The notes under the pieces: model-generated
The model's input: only the letters and a program-made list of their open reading frames with translations
Database searches by the model: none
What the model was told of the DNA's origin: nothing
Program-made: the position numbers and the translations under genes
Shown here: positions 31,170 through 40,854 of the stretch, one piece after another
Numbering within the stretch: position 1 is the first letter of the stretch
Layout of the letters: each line of letters begins with the position of its first letter
Assembly: GCA_009391195.1 (NCBI GenBank)
Contig: VEXB01000004.1
Location: forward strand, 6,665-70,664
Direction of reading: 5' to 3'
Length of the DNA: 64,000 nucleotides
DNA from: SAR202 cluster bacterium AC-647-P02_OGT_505m
Lineage (GTDB): Bacteria > Chloroflexota > Dehalococcoidia > Lucifugimonadales > UBA826

Positions 31170-31799
31170 CTATGGACGTTTGGAGTAGGTAATTCTTCCC
31201 AAAGAATGAACACCAGGTCTTTCTATCAGGCTTTGTTGTTCTGACAGTCGGTTGTCTGAAATTATATTGTCGTGAAGTTCTTGCATTAGAGCAAAACTTT
31301 CTGTTATATGAGTAATTCGTACACTGGTTATTTGCCCTCCAACCGGTGTGCTAATGTTATATGCAAAGTTGAGGTCCACATCAGACATCCAGTCAGACAT
31401 TAAGTCAATAAAAGCTTGTAACTTTCCCATCTTTGGCTGGAAGAACCGTCTCATGATGTACTTGGGATCGAACTCTTTTAAGGCATCGATGTTGGTGGCC
31501 CTAACTCTTGATAGAGACATGTTTTCCTGTCTCGATAATCCAGAAAGTTCACTTCTTTCCTTTAGGGCGGCCATATTGTTTCCGAATATGGCGTCCATAA
31601 GGGCGTCTACTTCGTTTGCATCAGGTAGCGGAACTACGGCGGTGACTTTCGTGGACTCCAGATGAGCATTGGGAGGAGAGATAGTGACGCTGACCAGTCC
31701 AGGGACCCCTAGAGACTCCATGGATTTTTGTACCCCTTCAATAACTTCTGCTTCTTTCCCTGGATTTGGTGTGCGATAAGTGTTTAGAAAGTAGGACAT
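31170..31799 (-). CDS. Hypothetical protein with two internally related ~100-aa halves (dimeric alpha+beta barrel/NIPSNAP-like)
   Basis: YRTPNPGK and FFQPKMGK open two similar modules; GGAGG RBS before ATG 31799. Confidence 0.55.
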   Translation of the reverse strand: MSYFLNTYRTPNPGKEAEVIEGVQKSMESLGVPGLVSVTISPPNAHLESTKVTAVVPLPDANEVDALMDAIFGNNMAALKERSELSGLSRQENMSLSRVRATNIDALKEFDPKYIMRRFFQPKMGKLQAFIDLMSDWMSDVDLNFAYNISTPVGGQITSVRITHITESFALMQELHDNIISDNRLSEQQSLIERPGVHSLGRITYSKRP

Positions 31800-31917
31800 T
31801 ATGACCTCCATATAACTGAAATTAATTGATTTGGGCCATATTACGATAAAAGGTAATAGATAGTAACCAACAATAGGATTTTGGTGTAACTATGGGATTA
31901 TCGGAATGGAAATGCTA

Positions 31918-32841
31918 TTAAAGTCTGTTAGTCTTGGACAATCCGCTGTCTTCTACGAGCTCCTTTACTGCTTCTTCCCACCTGTAGGCCATGATATGAA
32001 CACCTGCAACCCCTTGAATAGATTTGAGGTCATCTATTGCCTCTTTAGAAATCTCCAAGCCAATTTGGGCTTGTTCTTTTTCAGGATAATGGTCCATGCG
32101 TTCAATAATCCGGTCAGGAATGGAAACTCCGGCAATATTATCTCTGAGCCATTTCGCCATCTTTGAGGATTTCAATGGGCCGAGACCTACCAACACAGGG
32201 GGTGGGTTTCCGTCGCTAAGTTCAACTAATTTTTCTGAGAAACGCTTCATTACTCCTATGTCAAAACAAAATTGTGTTTGGAAGAAAGATGCTCCAGCCT
32301 TCCATTTTTTGATAGTTCTGTGAGGCCTATAGCTGTGAGGAGGCGCAAATGGGTTCGCTGCAGCCCCAAGAAATAATCTCGGGTTAGGGGTGATTTTTCT
32401 CCCGCTCATGAAACTGCCAGTCTTGTCCATGTTATTTAACGCAGCCAGCATGCTTATGGAATCTAGATCGAAGACCGGTTTGGCATCGGGGTGATCCCCG
32501 GCTGTCACTCCATCTCCAGTAATACAAAAAATATTACGAATACCCAAAGAATGAGCCCCCAACACATCCCCTTGTATAGCTATTCGATTTCGATCTCTGG
32601 CCGAGATCTGCATGACAGGTTCAATATCGTTATCTAAGAGAATATATGCTGCTGCGAGGCTTGAGAAGTGAGGAATGGCACTGGTTGCATCAGTCACATT
32701 TAAAGCGTCGCAATAGGGTGATAGTTTTAAAGCTGTTTCTACTAATTCATCTTTTTCTGAAGAATCGGGTAGCGTAAGTTCTGCTGTTACTGCAAAAGAG
32801 CCGGAATCCAGGGTTCTATGAAGTTGAGAAATCATATTCAT
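31918..32841 (-). CDS. metF: Methylenetetrahydrofolate reductase
   Basis: ALNVTD, RDRNRIAIQ, ITGD, GASFFQTQ, GVHIMA. Confidence 0.9.
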   Translation of the reverse strand: MNMISQLHRTLDSGSFAVTAELTLPDSSEKDELVETALKLSPYCDALNVTDATSAIPHFSSLAAAYILLDNDIEPVMQISARDRNRIAIQGDVLGAHSLGIRNIFCITGDGVTAGDHPDAKPVFDLDSISMLAALNNMDKTGSFMSGRKITPNPRLFLGAAANPFAPPHSYRPHRTIKKWKAGASFFQTQFCFDIGVMKRFSEKLVELSDGNPPPVLVGLGPLKSSKMAKWLRDNIAGVSIPDRIIERMDHYPEKEQAQIGLEISKEAIDDLKSIQGVAGVHIMAYRWEEAVKELVEDSGLSKTNRL

Positions 32842-32847
32842 AAGTTA

Positions 32848-33387
32848 TCAACGTGATTGATTAATCCAGGCGGAGCTGCCTTTAAGCCGACGATCCAGCG
32901 GTTTTTGAATGATTTCTATTTCATGTGAAAAAACACGCATTTTATTGGAGTTTTCCCAGGCAGTAACCCATACGCATGTCATTTTGGGGTCAAGCTCACA
33001 TGAACCATCAGTTCTGACTCCTCCACAAGGTCCGTTTCGTATTTCCTTTGGACAGCCCATGGGGCAAGACATTCCCGTTTCATGGAGGATACATTGACCA
33101 CACATTTGGCAGCCGAAGATAGGCTTTTTGGTTACCCATTCAAACTTAACAAATAGCAGTCTGATGACCCTGTTGTCACCGTATTTTTCAGCTATCCCAC
33201 CCAAAACCTTGGAGGAGACTAGATAAAGTACTTCGAGTAGTTTGACCAATTTGACGCTCTCAGACTCTGAAAAACAATATACTCTGATCTGTTCCAATAT
33301 TCTCGCATAAAATGAATTTGTGAAATGAAGTTCTTTTATACAGAGGAAAATATGTGTAGATTTAGGGAGTATTGTTGCGAGTACCAA
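32848..33387 (-). CDS. MetV-like / MTHFR C-terminal-domain Cys-rich protein (start uncertain, probably shorter)
   Basis: GCQMCGQC...CPMGCPK.IRNGPCGG...CE...CVW directly upstream of metF. Confidence 0.8.
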   Translation of the reverse strand: MVLATILPKSTHIFLCIKELHFTNSFYARILEQIRVYCFSESESVKLVKLLEVLYLVSSKVLGGIAEKYGDNRVIRLLFVKFEWVTKKPIFGCQMCGQCILHETGMSCPMGCPKEIRNGPCGGVRTDGSCELDPKMTCVWVTAWENSNKMRVFSHEIEIIQKPLDRRLKGSSAWINQSR

Positions 33388-33476
33388 AAGGTTGATATGT
33401 TTTAAGATCAGTAGAGAGCGAATTTGTATCAGGATTTTTCTGATGCCCTCAATATAAATGTTGGAGGAGGCGTAGT

Positions 33477-35753
33477 ATGGCTAGCAAAACCGATTCAGTG
33501 AGCAAGGATTACACAGTAATAGGAACGAGGCCGGTTAGACATGATGGTGTCGATAAAGTGACAGGCCATGCCTTGTACGGTGCCGATTTTTCGCTGGCCG
33601 GGCAGCTATATGGAAAAGTTTTAAGAAGTCCTTACGCTCATGCGAAAATCCTTTCGATAGATTTATCAAATGTATTGAAGCATCCCGAAACTAAAGCGAT
33701 AGTTACATTCGAAGATTTTGCGGATTCTCCACGCCCTGCGCGAGCTTATGCTCAGGGAGCGCCGGTAACAGAAAATATTCTTGCTAGAGATAAAGTTTTT
33801 TATAAGGGGCATCCGGTAGTTGCCATTGCTGCGACATCCCCACATGTTGCAGAGCAATTATTGGGTTTAATCGATGTTGAATATGAGGTTCTACCTGCAG
33901 TTTTTAGCCCACAGGATGCTATAAGTCCGGAGGCTCCAGTATTACACGACCACTGGGCAAATGAATCAATGCCCGAGGGTACAGAGGGAATGGGAGCCAA
34001 TGTTGCCGCCCATGAGATATACCAGCAAGGAAATGTCGAAAAGGGTTTTGAAAGTTCTGCACATGTAGTTGAAAGAGAATTCAATACCAAGTCTGTGCAT
34101 CAAGGTTACATAGAGCCCCAAAACGCCACCGCTTATTGGACACCCGAAGGAAGATTAACTTTGTGGTGCAGTAGCCAAGGGCACTTTTCAGTGCGTGATA
34201 ATACGGCGGAAATTCTTGGGATTCCAATTTCAGATGTCAAGGTGGTTCCTATGGAAATAGGGGGTGGGTTTGGTGGAAAAATACCTCCTTACCTTGAGCC
34301 CCTAGTAGCTGTACTATCTAAGAAAAGTGGCCTACCGGTGAAGATGTATATGGATCGGACTGAGGTCATACAGGCTACAGGTCCTACGTCAGGTAGCCAT
34401 GTAAAGGTAAAAATCGGAGTAAGCAGTAACGGTAATATTGAGGCCGCCACGGCCAGTTTCATATTTGAATCGGGAGCCTATCCGGGAGCGCCCTTATCCG
34501 GAGCTGCAGCCGCAGTTTTTGCGCCGTATGCTATCGATAATGTCCGTATTGATGGGTTTGATGTGGTTGATAACAAGCCTAAAACGCAGGCATACAGAGC
34601 TCCAGGTGCGCCTATCGTTGCCTTTGCTGTTGAATCGGTTTTAGATGATGTAGCTTCTGATTTGAATATGGATCCGATGGATCTGAGGATTCTTAACTCA
34701 GCACATGAAGGTCAAAGAAGAGCAGATGGTGTAATCAATTTACGTATCGGTGCTGAAGAAACTATGACAGCTGTCAAGAATCATCCACATTACAGTTCAC
34801 CGCTGGGTGAAGCATCACGAGGAAAAAAAAGGGGGCGCGGTGTCGGAATGGGTTTCTGCCGGAATAATACTGGCATGGCTTGTGCGATAGCGAATGTCTT
34901 ACCGGATGGAAAGGTCAGTCTCATAGAGGGGTCTGTGGACATCGGCGGAAGTAGAACGGCAATTGCGCAGCAATTTGCTGAAGTTTTGGGAATCGATGTC
35001 GGTGAAGTTCATCCATACGTTGGTGATACTGATGCCGTTGGATATACCTCTGTTACTGGTGGTAGTGGCGTAGCTTTTAAAAGTGGTTGGGCCGCTTACA
35101 CTGCCGCCATGGACGTGAAAACTCAAATGATCGAACGTGCAGCCCTGTTATGGGATTGTTCAATTGACCAAGTCGATTATGAAAATGGGAGAGTGTTTCA
35201 CATTTCTGATCCAGAATTATCATTGAGTTTCAAGGAAGTAGCAGGGAATATGCCTGAAACAGGAGGCCCAATAGTAGGCAGCGCGAACATGAATCCAGGG
35301 GGATCTGGAGGATCATATTCAGCCAACATCATCGATGTAGAAGTAGATATGGAGACTGGGAAGATTGATATCTTGAGGGTAACAGCTTTCCAAGATGCTG
35401 GGACTGCAATTCATCCCGATTACGTGGAAGGTCAGATGCAAGGGGGAACAGTTCAGGGGATAGGATGGGCACTTAACGAAGAATATTTTATGGGTTCCGA
35501 TGGGGCTATATTAAATACGAGTTTGTTAGATTACCGCATGCCGACTAGCTTGGATCTACCTATGATTGATCCGGTAATAGTGGAAGTGCCTAATCCCGGC
35601 CATCCTTTTGGTGTTAGAGGTGTCGGTGAGGCAAATCTTTCTGCTCCTTTAGCTGCGGTTTCTAATGCTGCTTTTAGAGCTACAGGGATCAGAATATTAG
35701 ACTTACCGATGAGCCCGGATTCTGTTCATTCTGCGATTGATAAAACCTCTTGA
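33477..35753 (+). CDS. Xanthine dehydrogenase-family molybdopterin-binding subunit
   Basis: KVTG..Y..D, RSPYAHA, GGGFGGK, AYRAPG, EGQMQGG, GVGE. Confidence 0.92.
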   Translation: MASKTDSVSKDYTVIGTRPVRHDGVDKVTGHALYGADFSLAGQLYGKVLRSPYAHAKILSIDLSNVLKHPETKAIVTFEDFADSPRPARAYAQGAPVTENILARDKVFYKGHPVVAIAATSPHVAEQLLGLIDVEYEVLPAVFSPQDAISPEAPVLHDHWANESMPEGTEGMGANVAAHEIYQQGNVEKGFESSAHVVEREFNTKSVHQGYIEPQNATAYWTPEGRLTLWCSSQGHFSVRDNTAEILGIPISDVKVVPMEIGGGFGGKIPPYLEPLVAVLSKKSGLPVKMYMDRTEVIQATGPTSGSHVKVKIGVSSNGNIEAATASFIFESGAYPGAPLSGAAAAVFAPYAIDNVRIDGFDVVDNKPKTQAYRAPGAPIVAFAVESVLDDVASDLNMDPMDLRILNSAHEGQRRADGVINLRIGAEETMTAVKNHPHYSSPLGEASRGKKRGRGVGMGFCRNNTGMACAIANVLPDGKVSLIEGSVDIGGSRTAIAQQFAEVLGIDVGEVHPYVGDTDAVGYTSVTGGSGVAFKSGWAAYTAAMDVKTQMIERAALLWDCSIDQVDYENGRVFHISDPELSLSFKEVAGNMPETGGPIVGSANMNPGGSGGSYSANIIDVEVDMETGKIDILRVTAFQDAGTAIHPDYVEGQMQGGTVQGIGWALNEEYFMGSDGAILNTSLLDYRMPTSLDLPMIDPVIVEVPNPGHPFGVRGVGEANLSAPLAAVSNAAFRATGIRILDLPMSPDSVHSAIDKTS

Positions 35754-35819
35754 TTGGGGAGAGATAACTTCAGGGTTAAACTTAGTTAAATCCGGCGGGG
35801 TGGTAGGACGTTCCAAAAT

Positions 35820-37361
35820 CTAGGAAATTTCGGGAATGTCACCTACCACTTTTACCCTGATTCGTATTGCGTTACTGGGCAAGTAGGTGAGAGGGATCTC
35901 TTCCACGTCGACCACCATCACTGTTTTCGGGTTTGCTCCTGCTGAGATGGCTCTTTTTTTAGCTTCTTCCGTAGCCGCGGATAAGGCTTCTTCTCTACTT
36001 ATTTCAGCTAGGGAATATACGCTCTCTGACTGTCCTCCAACCTGAGCTATTGCCGCCCCTATCGCGTTGGCTATTTCTCCATTTTCAGGACGTAAAACTT
36101 CGGATGCACCTGCTAAATCATCCCCGATAAGAAAATGTCCTCCTCCCACTAAAATAACCGGTATATCATCCGCATTAAATTTAAGTCGGTCAATGACGTC
36201 TTCGGTCATTACATTCATCATATTAAGGCTGCTTTTAATGTCCTCTTCGGATATTTCAGATAGAAGAGTTTTATTGCCTATATTTACTAGTCCAGCAGCG
36301 GCGGCCATATCGGTAGCCGTCCTAATTGATCCACCAAACAGAAGGCTTTGCTGTGTTAGTTGTAGGCCAACACTTTCTGGACCTATTGTAATTGGCGAGG
36401 TATTAACTACGCTTCCTCCTCCTAGGGCGATTGATAACACATCCGGCATCCTGAAATTTGTCCTTATTCCTCCTATTTCGACGGCAATAGATGATTCTCT
36501 TGGAAATCCATTTCGTAAGATCCCCACATCAGTTGAGGTACCGCCAACATCGGCTACTATCGCGTTTTGAATACCCGTTAAAAAAGCAGCTCCTCTCATA
36601 CTATTCGTAGGTCCCGAGGAGATGGAATAAACAGGATATTTCGTAGCAAAGTCAGCGTCCATAAGTGTTCCATCATTTTGAGTCAGGAATAGTGCCGAGC
36701 CAAGATTTAGTTCCTCCACAGCCTTTTTAAAAGCTCCAACGACCGAGTCTGATGTGGTGGAGAGACAAGCATTTAAAATAGTGGCATTTTCCCTCTCTAG
36801 GACACCTACACGGCCAATTTCATGTGACATAGAAATCTTGATATGAGGTGTTTCTTCTTGAATGATTTGAGCAGCAATCTGTTCTTGGGTTGGGTCTACA
36901 GAAGAAAAAATCCCACTGATTGATATCGCTTCTACCCCCTTGTTTGCCATATCGTCAGCAGCTCTTCTTATCTGGCCTTTGTCTATCGTCGAAATTTCCC
37001 GCCCGTCGAATTCAAATCCACCGTCAACCAGATAGGTATAGCCTTTTATGGACTCTTTCATCTCTTTAGGCCAGTCCACCATTGGAGGGAGCATTTGGGT
37101 TGCTGGTAGGCACAGACGAAGGGCGGCAGTTGTGGCTAGTCCATTTTTTTGAAGCAAAGCGTTGGTAAAGTGCGTCGTTCCTATCATCACGGCATCCACG
37201 CCCAAATTTTTTTCTTCCGAGGGTAGTATTGCATGTAAGGAATTTTTTACCCCGTTGGTAATATCTTCGGTGGTAGTAGTTTTAGATTTTCTTACTATCT
37301 GTGTTCCATCTATCAATACGGAATCAGTGTTAGTTCCACCTACGTCAATTCCAATGCGCAT
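35820..37361 (-). CDS. Hydantoinase/oxoprolinase N-terminal family ATPase
   Basis: GIDVGGTNTD, GTTHFTNA, SGPTNSMRGA, DVGGTSTD, ANAIGAA. Confidence 0.9.
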   Translation of the reverse strand: MRIGIDVGGTNTDSVLIDGTQIVRKSKTTTTEDITNGVKNSLHAILPSEEKNLGVDAVMIGTTHFTNALLQKNGLATTAALRLCLPATQMLPPMVDWPKEMKESIKGYTYLVDGGFEFDGREISTIDKGQIRRAADDMANKGVEAISISGIFSSVDPTQEQIAAQIIQEETPHIKISMSHEIGRVGVLERENATILNACLSTTSDSVVGAFKKAVEELNLGSALFLTQNDGTLMDADFATKYPVYSISSGPTNSMRGAAFLTGIQNAIVADVGGTSTDVGILRNGFPRESSIAVEIGGIRTNFRMPDVLSIALGGGSVVNTSPITIGPESVGLQLTQQSLLFGGSIRTATDMAAAAGLVNIGNKTLLSEISEEDIKSSLNMMNVMTEDVIDRLKFNADDIPVILVGGGHFLIGDDLAGASEVLRPENGEIANAIGAAIAQVGGQSESVYSLAEISREEALSAATEEAKKRAISAGANPKTVMVVDVEEIPLTYLPSNAIRIRVKVVGDIPEIS

Positions 37362-37441
37362 TCGACAACTCCAATTTAGAGTAAATACTTTGGATAAAAA
37401 TGATTAATGCTTATATATCTGAAGATTTATGGTGGTCATTT

Positions 37442-38515
37442 TTAAGTTAGAACGAGTGGAGTGTAATCTACTTCATACCCGAAACATGAGGGCCCTACCA
37501 CCTGGAGTCCCTCTTTCGTTGTCCAGAGATCGGGTGAAGGAAACCCTATGACAGTAATCCGGAAGCCGTATCGGAGTAATTCCGTAGTAATTGGTTCTCC
37601 TCTTTCACTGTCTACGATGGAAATTAAATCTGGGACAACACAGACAACTTCATTTTCAATCCTGGCTATTAGATTTTCGTTTTGAAATTCGATTGTCATT
37701 ACAGTTCCAGCAAAGTCGCCAGAGCCATCCACGGTAACTTCACCCCTTGCAAATCCCTGCGTGGTTTTTCTCTGTAAACCAGATATCTTGCCTTCGTATA
37801 GCACCTTTCCTGGATTAACTTTCAGCATCGCATTTATAGGATCGCTTTTTGTTTTGTTGGCGCTTCGCACGGACTCTCCAAGCTTCTTACTGAGCGTCAG
37901 ACTGTCTTTTACGGCAGTGTCGCGGACTTGAGTGGCAGTCATTGGAGCGAGGGCATAACAAGCGACACTCCCCATCTGTATCGTTATTGACCTTGCAATA
38001 CGTTCAACCCATTTACTGGTGATTGCCTTAGGAATTATTGCTACATTTCCCTTCTCATCCGCTATTGCCATCGGGGCATATGGCACCCCATAAACAAAAA
38101 AGGTTTTCATCTGGAACTCTGGGAATGCGCGGCCCATGCCGTCAGCATCCACAACAGGTAAACCGGATATGGCCGCTGGGATTAGAGGTTCAAGGGAATT
38201 ACTGCCACCTATTTCATTGGATATTAGGGCCGTAGCTTTTACATTGAGGTGATTTTCTAAAGCTACCAAAGCGTCGTAGGACTGTTTTCCGCGAACCTTT
38301 TCAATACCAACGGTTGGAGCTCCTATTCCTCCCACACAAACAATTTTGTCGGTGTCTTGGAGGTCGTCTGCAGACAATACTGTTACAGGTCCATACTGTC
38401 GTATTGTTTCTCTAGCTCTTAACATTCCTATATACGGATTTCCACCTCCACCTGTTCCTAGTATTCCTGCACCTATGGAAATGGATAGTAGGTCTTCTTC
38501 AGTTACTTGCCACAT
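37442..38515 (-). CDS. DUF917-family protein
   Basis: GILGTGGGGNP, EIGGSN, VDADGMGRAFPE, FQNENL, PDLI. Confidence 0.9.
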   Translation of the reverse strand: MWQVTEEDLLSISIGAGILGTGGGGNPYIGMLRARETIRQYGPVTVLSADDLQDTDKIVCVGGIGAPTVGIEKVRGKQSYDALVALENHLNVKATALISNEIGGSNSLEPLIPAAISGLPVVDADGMGRAFPEFQMKTFFVYGVPYAPMAIADEKGNVAIIPKAITSKWVERIARSITIQMGSVACYALAPMTATQVRDTAVKDSLTLSKKLGESVRSANKTKSDPINAMLKVNPGKVLYEGKISGLQRKTTQGFARGEVTVDGSGDFAGTVMTIEFQNENLIARIENEVVCVVPDLISIVDSERGEPITTELLRYGFRITVIGFPSPDLWTTKEGLQVVGPSCFGYEVDYTPLVLT

Positions 38516-38610
38516 ACATTCACCTGATTAATATTAAAAGTAAGAGAGAGCATACAGTCTTGTTTATTTTCGTGCCTGAGTAAATTTTTATTTATGGCAC
38601 TTTATATTTA

Positions 38611-39321
38611 TTGTCGTATATCATTTCGATTATTAAATTGTTGAATGGAGGATTAAATTCTTCTATAGCATCACTCGACACTTCTGTGCCTTTTAATCCA
38701 ATGGAAAGGTATAAGAACGATTTTCGATGTATCTCTGCTGATTTGAGGAATGCGGATTTAGGGCAGTCTAGAGGCCCATTAGAGATTGACCGGCCTTGGG
38801 ACGCCTATTCAGATGATCAGCTTGGTTTAATGGACCATCTCGGAATTCGGGAATTTTTGGTTATGGGCTTCTGTATAGGAGGTCCCATGATCCATAACTT
38901 GCTTAAGCTAGCCGAGGACCGTGTCGTTGCAGCTGCGATGATGCAGCCCAGCGGATTTAGCCCGGAATATCCAAATATCTTCTACGAAAATAACACTGAA
39001 CGCTGGGCTCCTCAGCTATGTGAAAAACGTTCAGACATTACTATGGCTCAAGTCCACGATTTTTTGACGAACATGTACACCGACCGTGCCGATTTTGTTT
39101 TCACAGTCTCACGCGATTTTGTGAGGTCCCTTCAGACACCTCTACTAATAGCGCCCGATAATGTGCCGGCCCATCCGTATGAAGCCGCTATGGAAGTTGC
39201 TGAAATTGCGCCTAATTCAGAAACAACCATTTTCCCGTGGAAGGATTCTCAAGAGAATATTGATCGAGTTGTAGATCATGCTCGTCGATTTCTTAAGTTG
39301 CACGAACCAACAGTGGAATAG
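38611..39321 (+). pseudogene. Alpha/beta hydrolase with GFCIGG nucleophile elbow, apparently 5'-truncated or degraded
   Basis: Family-like sequence starts abruptly at GGLNSS; upstream is very AT-rich with no RBS or good start; DLRNA, GFCIGG and PAHP motifs are intact. Confidence 0.5.
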
Positions 39322-39350
39322 GTACTTAGGATCTTGTTCAGGGGTAAAAA

Positions 39351-39427
39351 TGGAGGCGACGGGCGGATTCGAACCGCCGAATAGAGGTTTTGCAGACCTC
39401 CGCCTTAGACCGCTTGGCTACGTCGCC
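39351..39427 (-). tRNA. tRNA-Cys(GCA)
   Basis: Cloverleaf GGCGACG...GAGGT-CTGCAAA-ACCTC...TTCGAAT...CGTCGCC-T-CCA. Confidence 0.96.
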
Positions 39428-39443
39428 TAATTAATCGCTGAAG

Positions 39444-39531
39444 TGGTGCCGAGGAGGAGACTCGAACTCCTACAGCCTGTACGGCCACAGCGCCCTCAAC
39501 GCTGCGTGTCTACCAATTCCACCACCTCGGC
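39444..39531 (-). tRNA. tRNA-Leu(GAG)
   Basis: Long variable arm, anticodon arm CAGCG-TTGAGGG-CGCTG, encoded CCA. Confidence 0.96.
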
Positions 39532-39624
39532 AGTATGACAACCCTTTCGAGCGTCAACTTCTCGTGGCAGGTAATTATATGCTGGCATTTATTAGCTGTC
39601 CATATAGTACGTTCAATACAGAAT

Positions 39625-40809
39625 TTACTGGTGAGCTCTGTTTCCATAGGGGAAATCAGGGACAATTTGGTTTCCCGTTGTAAATCTATCCTTCTTGAAC
39701 ATATTCAGGTATTCATTATCAGGCCCGTTACCACTTACAAAGCTTGATACGATATGGCCTATGACAGGGGACAACTTGAACCCGTGGCCGCTAAAGCCGG
39801 CGACATTGTAGAGATTTTTAATAGTTGACGATTTGTCGACTATTGGATTGCCATCAGGGGTCATGTCATACAAGGATCCATACCCGCCACGACAAATAGC
39901 ATTTCGGAATTCAGGGAACCTTCGGTTAATCCTAGACCAGTAACGCTGAATGAAAATATGATCAGCATTTAACCCGAAGTTGTTAGGATCTGTGATTTCC
40001 ATCATATCTTCCGGAGCCTCTCCTCCTATTAAGGTGTTTGGGCTACCGTCACTTCGGTAATAGGCACCACAGGTGTGGTCTATCACAATAGTTTCTAAGT
40101 TTTTTAGGGATGGGGGTCTTCTCATGTGAACCATCTGAACCCTTATAGGTTCAATTGGTAGTTCTTCGCCGAGTGGGTTAAGCAAAATATTTGCCCAAGG
40201 TCCAGTGACGTTGATCACAACATCGGCATCAAATGTTCCATTGTTTGTGGAAACTCCAACGACTCTGTTTCCCCGTGTTCTTATGCTAGTAACTTCGCAA
40301 TCTGTATGGATTTCCGCCCCATATTTTATGGCCTCTGAGGCAAATGAGTAGGTAGTAGCTACGGGATCTGCATAACCGGCTTCTGGTTCGAATAATGCCG
40401 TTTCTATGTCATCTAAAACGGCATCAGGAATCATTTCAGCCACGTTTTTAGCATCCAAAGTCTCGATTGGTACGCCCTCCGCACGATTCATTTTTGCATT
40501 ATTGCGAGCGGAGCCAGCGTCATTCTCACCAAAAAGGAGTATTCGGCCGGTTTTACGGAAATTTATATCGTACCCATGTTCTTTGGGCCATTCCTCAAAA
40601 AACTTTCGGGCTTGCGATGACATTCGTACCAATTCGGGTGTTAAGTAATGCTCGCGGATCATTGCGCCGGAACGGCCAGTGGCTCCCGTCGCAAGTCCTT
40701 TCTTCTCTAGTACTGCAACACTACCTATGCCCATTTTGGCCAAATGCATAGCTATACTGGTTCCATTGACCCCGCCGCCGATGATGAGGAAGTCGTAAGC
40801 ACTATTCAT
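39625..40809 (-). CDS. FAD-dependent oxidoreductase (DAO / sarcosine oxidase beta-like)
   Basis: IIGGGVNG, GATGRSG, DMTPDGNP, GFSGHGFKLSP. Confidence 0.9.
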   Translation of the reverse strand: MNSAYDFLIIGGGVNGTSIAMHLAKMGIGSVAVLEKKGLATGATGRSGAMIREHYLTPELVRMSSQARKFFEEWPKEHGYDINFRKTGRILLFGENDAGSARNNAKMNRAEGVPIETLDAKNVAEMIPDAVLDDIETALFEPEAGYADPVATTYSFASEAIKYGAEIHTDCEVTSIRTRGNRVVGVSTNNGTFDADVVINVTGPWANILLNPLGEELPIEPIRVQMVHMRRPPSLKNLETIVIDHTCGAYYRSDGSPNTLIGGEAPEDMMEITDPNNFGLNADHIFIQRYWSRINRRFPEFRNAICRGGYGSLYDMTPDGNPIVDKSSTIKNLYNVAGFSGHGFKLSPVIGHIVSSFVSGNGPDNEYLNMFKKDRFTTGNQIVPDFPYGNRAHQ

Positions 40810-40854
40810 ATACTTTTCCTAAAATTAAAAATTGTAGATCAAGACGGACTGCGA

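Noticed and set aside
33477-35753. Aerobic CO dehydrogenase CoxL
   Set aside because: The loop is AYRAPG, not AYxCSFR (form I) or AYRGAGR (form II), and there is no coxMS.
39321-39625. tRNA-anchored integrative element
   Set aside because: No integrase, transposase or duplicated tRNA 3' end was seen near any of the three tRNAs.
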